The notes beneath the pieces were generated by a model, which saw nothing but the letters and a program-made list of their open reading frames with translations, searched no databases and was not told the origin of the DNA. DNA of 62,988 bases, counting the filler, from Basidiobolus ranarum (taxonomy: Eukaryota): NCBI GenBank assembly GCA_040143965.1. It is 7 parts of 7 records of this genome, joined end to end, with 100 filler letters (N's around TTAATTAATTAA, not from the genome) between each part and the next. Parts side by side here need not be neighbours in the genome. Positions count along the whole stretch, not along the records: positions 9,032 to 17,954 come from JASJQH010000900.1; positions 18,055 to 26,974 come from JASJQH010000901.1; 5 more parts are not named here. One strand, given 5' to 3'. Positions 13,031 through 24,954 of the stretch are shown here, one piece after another. Both the position numbers and the translations under genes were made by a program. Positions within the stretch are counted from its first letter, which is position 1. Every line of letters begins with the position of its first letter.

Positions 13031-13954
13031 ATGAAACTCGAACTTACTATTTTGGGATGGTCTTTGGTTACTTTGATATCTGCCCAAGCACCAAGCTGTC
13101 CGCTGGATGAAGTCTCCTGCTCTTTACAGACCACAAACCCACAGAATTCTTGTTGTGCCCCATCGTACGGTTTGGTTGTATTTACTCAACAGGTAGGGAG
13201 ATCACTTATTTCTATCACATGGTCAATTGATTAATCTAGTTCGTAGTGGCTCACCGGACAAGGACCTGCTGATTCGTTTACTATACACGGTTTATGGCCT
13301 AATTCTTGGTACACGAGTAAATCTTCTTTTCTACACATGAACACTTATTCATCGAATCTTTCTCTAGTAATGGTTCGTTTTCCTCGAATGGCTGTGATCC
13401 CTCACGACAATATCAAGATGTAGGTGCCATAGTAGAGAAGCAAAATTCTACCTTGTTCCAATTGATGAATACATACTGGGTATCTTACACCGGTGATAAT
13501 AGTGAATTCTGGTATATAAAGTTATATATATCTAAGGAGTTACACCATGTTATCCATCACTAATTCGTACATCTATTTATTCAGGACCCATGAATGGGAT
13601 AAGCACGGTACCTGTGTCTCCACATTATCCCCACACTGCTATGGTGAGGATTATCAACAATATGAAGAGATGATTGACTATTTTGACTCGGTCATTCAAT
13701 TACATCAACAATTTGATATTTATGGCGCCTTAAGTGATGCGGGAATCACACCTGGAAATAGTTACTCCAAACAGGATATGGTCAATGCAGTGAAGAAATC
13801 GCTTAATGTTGATGCCTGGTTTCACTGTAAAAGTAATGTCCTTGAGGAAGTGTGGATTTATCTGAACGTGAAGGGTAGGTCTCAATACGTTCCCGCACAA
13901 AATTATAAAGGTGCTTCGCAATGTTCAAATACGATACAGTATCCACCCAAGTGA
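13031..13954 (+). CDS. Secreted ribonuclease T2 (exons 13031-13192, 13247-13308, 13368-13511, 13585-13954)
   Basis: Signal peptide; CAS I FTIHGLWP; CAS II FWTHEWDKHGTC; fungal RNase Rh-type cysteine pattern. Confidence 0.95.
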
Positions 13955-14459
13955 CATCCATATGTTCAACGATCAATCTTATTACCCCAGAGCATTATTA
14001 AGCGATTGGAATTAATGCTCAGTTCGCATCATGTACATGACCGCATGGATGATCCTATTTAGATAACAAGATTTTGTATTAAGAAGTGCGTTTAAATTCA
14101 AATAAAAAAAAAACCGCCTGGTACAGGTCAATATGTAATATCCAACTCAAGCGTGGCACAATTCGCTATATTCAATGTCACATTAACGACCAGATTGCGA
14201 GACCATCATGTAACCGCACCAAAAGGGAAAATGGTACCAGAAGAGAGCAGAATACATATAGTTACTGTTGATAAATTTATTCATTGAATTGATTTCATGG
14301 AATCATTCGGTGGATAATAGATATATATGTACTCGTAAAAGTCAAATATATCGTTATATTATCCATGTACACATCACTATTTATATATACTACAAATATT
14401 TGCATCATGTTCTGAGTATTCGACGAATCTTGAAGTTATAATGTGGGTTGTACTTCCGA

Positions 14460-14714
14460 TCAAAGGCTGTCACGTCTGTGAGGATGTCCGGGCTGGCTCT
14501 TGTGAGAATAATTTCCTCCGAAAGAACGATTCCACTTGTGCTCACCGTAGGGATCTGGCTTTTGATCAGTGGGTAGGACAGAGTAAAACTGAACCTGACC
14601 TAAGCTGGGACGACGAGTTTTTTGGGGATTGTTTTGACTGTTGTAGTAAAGTCCGGCGGCACCAACGGCACCAATGGCCGCTCCAGTAGCAGCTGCTGCA
14701 GTTACAAAAGGCAT
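14460..14714 (-). CDS. Small hypothetical protein (84 aa) with an N-terminal Ala/Gly-rich hydrophobic segment
   Basis: MPFVTAAAATGAAIGAVGAAGLYY...RRPSL... The ATG is in an AAAATG context, TATAAATA lies about 75 bp upstream, and GC is higher than in the flanks. Confidence 0.6.
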   Translation of the reverse strand: MPFVTAAAATGAAIGAVGAAGLYYNSQNNPQKTRRPSLGQVQFYSVLPTDQKPDPYGEHKWNRSFGGNYSHKSQPGHPHRRDSL

Positions 14715-16184
14715 TTTAAGATATGGATGATATGAATGCTTTGAAATAGAGTGACTCGATCTAATCTTCACTTGGCACTTCACTTCGGTATTTATAGAGA
14801 ATCCAGGGAAGTCAATCATCTTGATGGCACTGCACTGGAGTGAAGAGATCACTTCAAACGGAGTACCCATGACATGTAAATGTCTCAGTAGATGCCTATA
14901 CCATCTTGACTATTGAAAGGTTTCCCTTTAAATCACCCGATTGTTTATTCAATCACTGGATTAAAAAATATCAAGGTCTTAGAGTAAATATCTAAATCGC
15001 GATTCACTTCTATCATTTAAAAATGTAATTCGTGGGACCAGTTCTCTGATCAAATGCACAATTGCCGAGTAATAGGAACCAGCACTTATCCTAGACATGA
15101 TGTCATAAAGTAAGAAGAAGATTCACTTCCCAGATCACGAGTATGTTGAGTATTCTCAAGATGCGTAGATGAGACATGGTTCAAAGTATGCATTACGAAT
15201 GAACTTATGGATGAACGAATCAAAATCTCCTCTTGAATTGTGGCGGTTAATTTAGGTCAAAAGTTAAGATACAAATGATGGGAATTTCTGGAATATGACT
15301 TGTACGAAACTATGTGACTTTCTACTTTATATCATGGTTCTTCGGAGTAAAGCAGATGAATTTCTGTTCAATCAAGGAACAAATAGATTTACAATCAATA
15401 TGAGAGAAGCTTTAGTCACGAGCTCCAGTAGAATAATCTCTAACACCGATCTTAGTGTCACTAAGTACTACATACCTTAAAAATGATTTATATAGCTATA
15501 GTCAGCATTCAAAGGTTTGTGGAAGGAGTATTACAAAGTGGATACATAGTATTATCTACAACAGAATATCTATATGGCCTCAGACCAATCATTATCCATC
15601 TCCTAAACTGACTAAGTATATTCGAAGTAATTATATGTAGAATATCAGTGAGATTAAAATAAGCCATCTTGTGACTAATTTGAATGCCTTCGAAATCAAC
15701 CTCGCAAAGTCAAGAATAAGCAACCTTGACTCTATAACAAGATTGAGTTCTCAAAGTCCGCCTGGACAAAGTAATACTTGTTGAGTCAACAACTTTTTTC
15801 CAATTTTTTCTTTTTCAATCTAATGTTGATGAGTATATCAATGTTCAAGAAGTAATGGTAATACATACTTTCTCTTGATAATGGGGATTGGATAGAAATG
15901 CTGTTTGTTCGAATATTCTGTTCCAAGCTTTACTACATTCTCTTACCATGCTTATGCTCACTGAGATATTCCAATCTATTTTCTCACTCACTATCTTCTT
16001 GTTTACTGTTCCAGTATATATATCTCTCTCATTGAAAATGCATAAGCCTCAGTAAAGTCTAAGGAGTTACTATTTTCTTATCATTCTATATAGCATGATC
16101 TGGCCATAATGAGAATTAACTTTAATATATAGAGATACCTTATGACTTCTTTGTTACTGGTATTCTTTTTAATAGACTATCATA

Positions 16185-16680
16185 ATTTATATAGCAGTGA
16201 AGTAAGTCATATGTGTTAAAGTATTTTGGGAGCCCTTTGGAAGTGGTTAGAAGCAATAGAGAAATTGGGGGTTTTCACTGATTGATTTATTGCATAGCTA
16301 TATGAGATTGATAGTTTTGTCAAGAGTTACATAAAGTACCTACCAGAATGTGCTAAGCAAAGTTTAAGGAGCATGTGTGCAAAGTTTAGGGGTGTAGTAC
16401 TAGTTTGAAAAATCTATATATCTGAGAACTTCTAAGTTGGTGTCAATATTCTAAGTAAATTCCAACCAAGAATAACTGGCAGTATCTTGGAGAAATATAG
16501 GATTATTCAAAACTAAGCTATATATGACTATATAGACGCTTAAGCTGAATTAATATCTGTTGGAGGATCTTGACATAATGCGGATAGACTCTGTGTATTA
16601 GAGGCAACTTATAATAGTGTTTTTGGCTACTTGATTCTTAAGAAAATATGGTGACATATAGTAGAGAAATAAACCAATAG
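16185..16680 (-). repeat. Family B LTR fragments (two overlapping partial copies in tandem)
   Basis: About 16185-16545 is the reverse complement of about 7520-7910, and 16558-16680 is the reverse complement of about 7870-7995. Confidence 0.75.
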
Positions 16681-16744
16681 TTTGAAATATTCAGGAGTTT
16701 GTGTAATGATATATACTAGATAGGTGGGGGTAATAAAACAAACT

Positions 16745-17223
16745 TATTATATAGATATAGAGATATTCCTATTTGAAATATAGGGGCTATAGATATGTTG
16801 CTTTTTGTTTCTGATATATGAATTATAACCAAAGTCAACTAAGATGTTGAATAAAAATTGAATATCCAACATCTTCCCTTAATTCTTGTTCAGCAGTTTG
16901 CTTATATTCCCTTATGCCTATGCCTGCTCTTAACTTTTCAAAGCTTGAAGTTTTGAGTGATTTTGTTAGTATATCTGCAACCATATTTTAAGTATTACAA
17001 TATATAAAATTGATTTCTTTGTCTTGAACTTTCTCTCATAAGAAATCAGGCTTTATGTCAATATGTTTCACCTTTGACTGATGCTCAGGATTTTTGGTAA
17101 TCTGAATATATCCAATATTACCTTGATATATTGGGATTGGATTAACTTGATCATATTCTAGTTCCTTGAGAAGAATCCTTAGGCATATAGCTTCTTGAAC
17201 AGCCAGCTAGCTTAAACACATAG
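16745..17223 (-). mobile_element. Copia RNase H remnant, PPT and 3' LTR start (family C)
   Basis: Minus strand reads AVQEAICLRILLKEL...VKHIDIKPDF...NMVADILTKSL, then AAGGGAAGA followed by TGTTGGATA (16871). Confidence 0.8.
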
Positions 17224-17743
17224 TGTCACAATAAGGAACTGGACAAGCACTGGAAACAGTGACAAGATGCTAGAAAGCAGGAGGGTTCTTGGGTATACAT
17301 CACAAGGAAAGAAAAGACAAGACTGGACAGGGAAGATACTTTGGCAAAAATCTTTATTGATCACTGGCATTGATCAGACTAAGATCTGATCAAGGAAAAC
17401 AGGGAGATTATATAGATATTGTAGGGTGAAACATAATACACCAAATAGGGAATATACTGTGGCAAGTTCAAGTGTTGGGATACTGAGGACTACAAGGACC
17501 AATACAAAGGGGGATGAAGCAAGGATGAACAGGTGATCTTTCATGGCAGGTCTTGGCAGAAAAATACTATATATGGGATGATATGATTGGTTAGAATTCA
17601 TGGAATATTCCAAAGCACATAACTTCCATATAGGGTAACCTGGATGAACTGGCACAAGAATGCCAAGAAAGGATGGCACAGCATATATGTATGGGGAAAA
17701 CAGGGCTGTTTGGAGGAACTTTAGAAAAGTGGAGTTGTGAATA
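17224..17743. repeat. Probable solo LTR of a different (gypsy-like) family
   Basis: Starts TGTCACAA and ends ...GTTGTGAA; interrupts the RNase H remnant; CpG-depleted; no coding similarity seen. Confidence 0.4.
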
Positions 17744-17826
17744 GCTTTGTGAGATAATTATTTATTGTTCAGAAATAATGCATTTATACATTTTGGTCAA
17801 AATAAAGAAACTAACACTGGGGTTAT

Positions 17827-17954
17827 TGTTGGATAATTAATTGTTATTCAACATCATAGTTAACTTTAGTTATGATACATATATCAGAAACAGAAAGCAA
17901 CATATCTATAGCCCCTATATTCTAAATAGGAATATCTCTATATCTATACAACAA
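17827..17954 (+). repeat. Family C LTR start, cut by the contig end
   Basis: TGTTGGATA... is an inverted copy of 16745-16871. Confidence 0.75.
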
Positions 17955-18054
17955 NNNNNNNNNNNNNNNNNNNNNNNNNNNNNNNNNNNNNNNNNNNNTT
18001 AATTAATTAANNNNNNNNNNNNNNNNNNNNNNNNNNNNNNNNNNNNNNNNNNNN

Positions 18055-19078
18055 TTGAGCAATGCCACAACCACTGGATTGAGTCAAATGGTACACAGCA
18101 AACAAGTTACTGGTCATATCGACACTTCAGCTTCATTGAAGTGTTTGAAAGAGACTGAACGAGGTGATAAGGAAGTACATTCAGGAAGACTGAATTTTGC
18201 AGGAGATTTTAGTGCAAAGGATGTTGAAGAAGTTTTTGATACTTGGCAAAGTGAGAAAAACAGCGAAATAGAAAGGTTAGAGCAGCGACTACCTGAAGGG
18301 TTAGTTACTACACAATACCACCCACGAACTTCCTCAACAGTGGGTAAACGAGTTAAAACAAAACAGTAGTGAGGTGAATGATATATGGCATACACCAGAA
18401 GAAGATGGTTTGGAGGTTTTGCACATCTTATATTCACCAGAGTTTCCTATCGACCTGACGTCGGATTTAACCGAAGATCGTAGCCATGTACATGAAAAGT
18501 GGTACGAAGAGTTCGAAAGGTTAAACTTTGGTATAGAAATTCAGGAAGTTCAGCACATCTCTGATATCGATTCTTTACAAGAAGAGACATATGATGATTG
18601 GAATAAAGAATTTGATTCCAACCGTCACGCGTCTTATAAAGCAAGTGACAGTAAGACAGATAGGTTAGTGGAAGAAACTGAAATATCGAGATCTAGCTTT
18701 GAGCCTATACCATTACCTTGCATGCCCGCACGAGATTCGAATATGGATGGCCAGGAAGTTGTTGATTTTTTGAAGCATTCTCTATATTCTGATGAACTCA
18801 CCGAGGATTTCTTGGACATAGGAGGCCTTACCTCTGTACGCCAATCAAAGTATCAGTCGCTTTCAGAGGCGACGCAACGTAAATCCACCTCTGAAATTCT
18901 TCAATACTTGGCTACTGAATCATATGCAGATGAGATCTACGGTAGTTATGACTTCGCTGGTGTCAATGCTAAGATTAATACTATATCTAGTCTGGACCCA
19001 GAAAGCGTACCGAATCAATATGAATCTGCGCTACAAAGGCTAAAAATGTTAAAGAGACATTTGATGTTGAAGAATTGA
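18055..19078 (+). CDS. Uncharacterised acidic fungal protein, 5'-truncated; frame junction near 18250-18370 unresolved
   Basis: Two overlapping protein-like frames (18055..18369, and a frame open from 18305 to 19078). Repeated DGxEVxxxL, two WxxxF motifs, and C-terminal ALQRLKMLKRHL. Confidence 0.7.
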
Positions 19079-19282
19079 TTATTGACAACATCTCTTTAGT
19101 GTTGTGAGTTATGTATTGGAATTTGTATTTGTGGAGTCATCAAATTTGACAGTCTAATTGTACATTTATTCAAAAGCGTACTCGATAGCTAAAGAGCGTC
19201 GATACCCCTTTAATATCTTAATGAAAGGACATAGTAACAAACGAAAACAGAGAGGGATTTGCTTTAAAGAATTAGTCGTGGG

Positions 19283-19678
19283 CTAGTTCTCTTTACTTTC
19301 GTTTGTATGGTTCATTCTTTTCTTCGCTAAACGCAGAATTTTAAGTTCCGCCATTTGTTCCTCCAACTCTTTTTTATTATTGGCAGGCATATTACACTTT
19401 TCAGCTGGAGGAAAAAAGATAACCTAAGAGAAAATATGAGAAAGATTTGGTATGAATATAGCACATGGGGAAACAGTATCTCTATATGATTGAACTTACC
19501 CCGCTAATATGTTTCTGGTAAAATTGTTGATGGCCAAAATATAGCATTACACTTACAGGAAAGAACGCATAAACGCCAAACTAAATCAACATTTGGAAGT
19601 CAAAATGTATCTAGGATGTGAGCATTCAAAAAACAAAAGAGGATTTACCTTGAAAACTTCTAATGTAGAGGTACCCAT
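19283..19678 (-). CDS. PET100: Cytochrome c oxidase assembly factor Pet100 (exons 19678-19649, 19580-19500, 19423-19283; 83 aa)
   Basis: The spliced product MGTSTLEVFKFGVYAFFPVSVMLYFGHQQFYQKHISGVIFFPPAEKCNMPANNKKELEEQMAELKILRLAKKR... matches the LEVFKFGxY..FP Pet100 signature. All phases are consistent. Confidence 0.88.
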
Positions 19679-20341
19679 TATAATAAGAAAAGATGAAATT
19701 ATTTCGAAAGAAATTTCATTCATGAATTCACTATTTTAAAGAAATTAAAGGATGTAATTCACATGAAAACAAGATTCAAGTTGTCTCGATACTGTCAGGA
19801 TATGGTAAGAGTAGTAACTAACCGAATTGACCCGGAATACCTGAAATTTGTAAATGGTCAAGTGAAGGTAAATGATTTCAAACGGAAGGTTAACGAAAGG
19901 ACTATTTGAGGCATTATTACTTACTATGGGCGAGTATTTCCAAAAAGAATAGCTCATGCAGCACTGTTGAAAGTACCACCTACCTTCTATTCATACTATT
20001 GGTAGGGCCAGAAATTTCCAACTCACTCCCAATATATTAATAGAGCGTACAAGGTATACATTCAAACTGATGAATTTATTGGAAAAAGTTTCAGTAAAAT
20101 CATTGACAATCAATGGATTTCTAATTGGCAATGCTATGTTGATAATTCTAGACTACGAGAAGATCAAACCTATTTACAGGCTATACTTGTACTGATGCGG
20201 GTGTGACATTAGATTCCTATCACTTTTCAGATTCATATCACTGGTTGCTCTAGATTAAAGATTAATATATATAGTGAAGGGGAAATGATAGATAGCTTTT
20301 CAATTTCATTGTAGCGAAGGGGAAATGATCAAGGGAAATGA

Positions 20342-23300
20342 TCAATAGAATAGCTTTTCAATCTCATTAACTAATCCAGAGATGAACTGTTCATTGGAAC
20401 TTTTGAGCTGTAGTGACAGCTCCATTCCTTCATTGGTATGCCTGTTGAGCTTGACTAATCCAGCGATTTGGAATCCTTGGACTGCTTTGCCATATATGGA
20501 GCTAGCACCTGGTATATGTTCGACAATATGAGTGCCGCTCTTTTGTGTGATAGTATTTAGAGCATTCTCGAAATCTTCATCAGTACTGCCATTTTTAACT
20601 ATGAAACTAGTTGTAGCCGCGTATTGGAAATCCTCGAAATTAGTTAAACAATTACTGAACACCTCGGGGGAAATGGGTTCGGTCGGAGTCATAAATACGG
20701 AGAGTGGAATGTTACACTCGAAATCGACTGAATGTCTGGAGATGGTTTCATCTTCATGCTAAAAGGAGAAAATGGTTATTAAGATTGTCAATGAGGGCGG
20801 AATTCCTACTAAAATAACAATACTTGTTTAGCATAAAAGAAAGAGCCTTGGATGCTCAACTCTGTATACTCCTCGTCAAGGACTAACGCACTCAAGGTTA
20901 GCTTCTTATCATCACCAGAGGTAAGTGTCTCGCTGATGGGAAGAATATGTTGCTCGTTCAAGTGTTCATATCGAAGATTAGAGGAGGGCGTTAAGCTTAG
21001 CTCCATGGATGATAGAGGAATGCTATCAGAGCTTTTATGGTGTAACACCAAAACAATACTTAAGGCTGGAATAAATGTTCCCAACAACGTCTGGGAGTTT
21101 TCTGCAGATGAACAGTACACTTCATGTTTCTAGATTTGAAGTAAATGAATACCAAAAATGGGTGGAATAATAATATCTTAAAGGCTGTGCTTACAATGGA
21201 AACATTGTCATCTTCTGCGAGTACAAAATGCTCTTCAGGTTTTGCTTCATTGTTCGAGATGCTGGTAAACTCACTGGCATTGACCTCTGTTGGGATTTCA
21301 ACAGCACTCTTCATCTCTTCACCTTGGCTTTTTGATGACTGAGATTTGGATTTTTTCTTGGTTTTCTAAAAAGCAAGGTAAACGTATGAGATTTAGATTC
21401 AAGTAGAAGTGAAGATGTAAAGGGTAATAACCTTAATGGGCTTGGACTCCGAGTCTAAGTTAATCAAGTCATCAGATTGAGGAATTATAGAATCCGCATT
21501 TTTTTTGGATTTCTTGGATTTTTTCTCTGATGATTTACTCTTTGAAGCTTTATCCTAGAAATTTTAGGAAGTGTTAATGAATGGCCATATTCAATGCATC
21601 ACAAAGTAAAGTGTGAAGTAAAGTAAAGTGTGCATTGGCACAGCAATCGCTACCTTGACTGCTTTGCTCTTCTTCTTCAACATCTTTGTCTCTGCAATAC
21701 GTCTCGACTCGTCAGGGCTTGCGTAAGCAGCTAACTGCGGAGGTTTCTGAATAGTCCCGGAATGAATGAATGAATGAAGAATAAACAGTTGTCAATAAAT
21801 CCAAGAAATTACCTCGTCAACGCCCAACGGCTTGGATAAATCGACCGATAGTAATCCCGAGAAATCATGATCTAAAATTCCTGTCTTGGCAACCGGCTTG
21901 ATAGTATTCATATCATCATCACTACCAGAACCAACAGCATCTTCGGGCATTTCCTCTGGTTGGAAGACAATAGGTGCTAACTCAGGAGATGGAGAGCGAT
22001 TCTTCTTTTTGGATGTTTTCTTCTTCCCTTTCTTAACGACTGCATTGAGTAGAAATCAAAATTAATCGGGGTGTTCAATGAATAAAATTCTTTGGTTCTT
22101 ACATCCATCACTTTGCAGATTTGGTTTTTCATTAAGAGTCAACTCCACGATAGGTATCGAGTCAATATCAAGATCGGAAACTGGTGATGAAGGTAAGGAG
22201 TTCGCTTCAGTAGAAATATAGAATGGATCATTTCTCATCTTGGCGACACGTTGAGCACGGCGCTAGAGCAAGAATGGTTAATGCTTTGTACAATTTGTAA
22301 ATAATATCAAAGATATCCTTACTTTCTCTTGAATTTCCGGATTTTCACTGATGGGAACCTGCTTCTTCTTGCTAGATGTATGTCCAGATTCACCAAAGAA
22401 GCCATTCTCAGAATACTCATCTACCTCTTCTTCGCTTTCGCTCTCAAGCAACGGTTCATTAATCCATTCGTCAATATCCAATCCCTCTGGGACGGGCACT
22501 TTCCTTTGAGCTTTAGGAGCAACGGGGTTTAACTCGGCTGAAAAGAATAGCTCCGAGAGATCGAGGAAAATCGATGAAGGCTTGTCGGTAAAAGTACTCA
22601 TTTTAGAGTGAACGATTTTAAAGATTTCCCTAGCACTGTAAGCCTAAGGAGAGAACAACTATAAGGATGGTCTACTCCATTTAAAACGTATCACATAATT
22701 TAAGCTACTTACTCTTTCTTGTACTTCTAAATCATCACTTTGGCAGAAAGGGTGAATTAACTCTATTACAGCATTGGTCGTATCGCATAACTCCTTCCAA
22801 GAGTCATGATGCCAATTCTCAGCCACTTGTTTGATCCAATATGCATATATTTTCAGAACATTGTGTAAATAGATCTGTTGAACGGAACATGGCAACTTCA
22901 ATGCTTCTGGCTTCAGCAACGCTTTGATCGTATTGGAAGCAGAGGACAGATAGCTACAGATTGATTAGTATCAAATTACATAGAATGAGCCTATGGATAA
23001 GACATACTTGCAATACTCTCCACAAATCCAAGCTGCTCCATAGAGAATATCAGAGTTAGATTCAGCCCGACCAGTAGATTCAAGAAGACCAATATCTGAG
23101 AGAAGACGAGACTACAAATTGAAATGGTCTTCACTTAGTCAGGTTGTCTATAAGATCAGTGAGGTAGATACATACCATCATTTTGACGCAGTACTGTCTG
23201 ACACTCTTCACTCTAACTCCTACATCCATTATCTGTGCGCTCAGTTGAGATCCAACATTCACCTCAGAAATATAGACCAAGTCAACTAATACTGCAATAT

Positions 23301-24954
23301 ACCATTCAAAGTTCGTAATATTGGAGTACGAATTGTGAGAGCAGATAGACAGAATTCGGTCGACGATAATCTTTCGATATGAGGGGTCATGGAAGGCCGT
23401 TGTAGCAGGGAAGGTGGCTGTAGGGACGGGAGGGGGCATGAGCTGAGTCATGAGTCTCTTGACAATATCCATCAAAGTCTTCTTAGATGTCTGAAATAAA
23501 AGGTGTTAAGATTCCGATGATGAGCACAACGTAACATAAACCATCTCACCATTCCAACAATAAGGTCCAAAGCTCTCAAGCGAATGCTGATATCTGAATC
23601 CTCGACACAATTGAGAATAAGATCTCGATGTTCTACGACTGCCTTAGGATATATGCTCAAGAGTTTTCCCATCGCTAAGAGTCCAACATATTTCACTGAA
23701 AATGAAGAACGACAGTTAAAAAATCAGACCATGCAACATCAAATATCTCAGTCATACAATTTTGATCTGGATCCTCCAGGAATTTCTTCAACTTTGAAGC
23801 ACATAAAGCGGCGAGAGCAACATCATTGGGACCACTAGCCTCACCCGAGTCAGAGTTTAATGTGAGCATACCTCCAGAAATAACCGTCTGAATGCACTCA
23901 TATAATAATGACATGGCTGGAGTGGTCTGTATCAAGGATTTGATGGGAGTGACTAGCTTCTTCGCTAGTCTGGGTTCCAACGGGGTTAAAGCAGCAAACT
24001 AGTATTGTTGTAGATGAATGTAAAGTACAGGAGAATAATGCTCAAAGATAATGCTCTATTTACCAGTTTGATAATCTTAATTAACATCCAATTGTTGGAC
24101 GAAGTCGTTAGCAATTTGAACAATTGTGGTGCTAATGATAAATAATTCTTGGGGTTCATTCTGGCCAATTCGCAGATAACATTGATGGACGCACACACAA
24201 CAGCTGGATAAAAGTAGAATTAGAAATGGCTACATAAGTACAAAATGGAAACAAGCCTTACAAGGATCAGGGTCATCCAAACGCTCCTTTAGTCGGGGAA
24301 AGCTGAACCTTAATCCTTCTGGGAACTTTAAAAATACTTTGTATAAGACAAGAATGACTTTCTTACGAATGTAAGGTCGAGAATGCGTTAACATAGCAAT
24401 CAAATCGGAAGATAAATCCCGAGCAAGATCTGGAGTTAAAATATGAGATAAGCCATCAATAGTGATTCCAACTTCAAGATAATTTGATGAAGCCAAGTCC
24501 TAAATTTCAATCATCTTTGTGTTTAACATATAAAGAACTCAAAAGAGGCTGAATACAAATCATCTTACTTTCTTAATCAGATTAGTGGTTAACATGAGGA
24601 CCTCAGTATCTTGGCGAAAAGATTGTGCAGCAGCCAAATATCCAATTCGTTTGTTTACAAATTTCGAAGAGGCCATCACCTCTACCACTTGAAAAGAGGC
24701 CCAACTCATATCAAAGCCCAACATTTGTAGCTATTTGATAAAAATAAGGTTGGTTCTCGAGAACAGTAGTAAATAGTTACAAAAAGCAGAATACTAACGT
24801 AAGTTAATTTGGAGACTGCAATAGCCTTCAAGTCAGGATCATTCCCTTTCAATTCTCGTCGAATCTCTTCAACGCAGGTAGCTATGTATTTGGCTTCATT
24901 CTTTTTGTTCGCTCGTAAGCCGCGAATCAAATCTGTAAGATTTTTTTCGAACAT
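20342..24954 (-). CDS. APL5: AP-3 adaptor complex delta subunit, multi-exon
   Basis: MFEKNLTDLIRGLRANK...; HSRPYIRKK; NPKNYLSLAPQLFKLLTTSSNNWMLIKIIKL; DLEVQER; ELNPVAPKAQRKVPVPEGLD; C-terminal appendage domain present. Confidence 0.96.

Noticed and set aside
21600-21780. AAAGT-type and (GAAT)n short repeats
   Set aside because: Ordinary intronic microsatellites inside the AP-3 delta gene.
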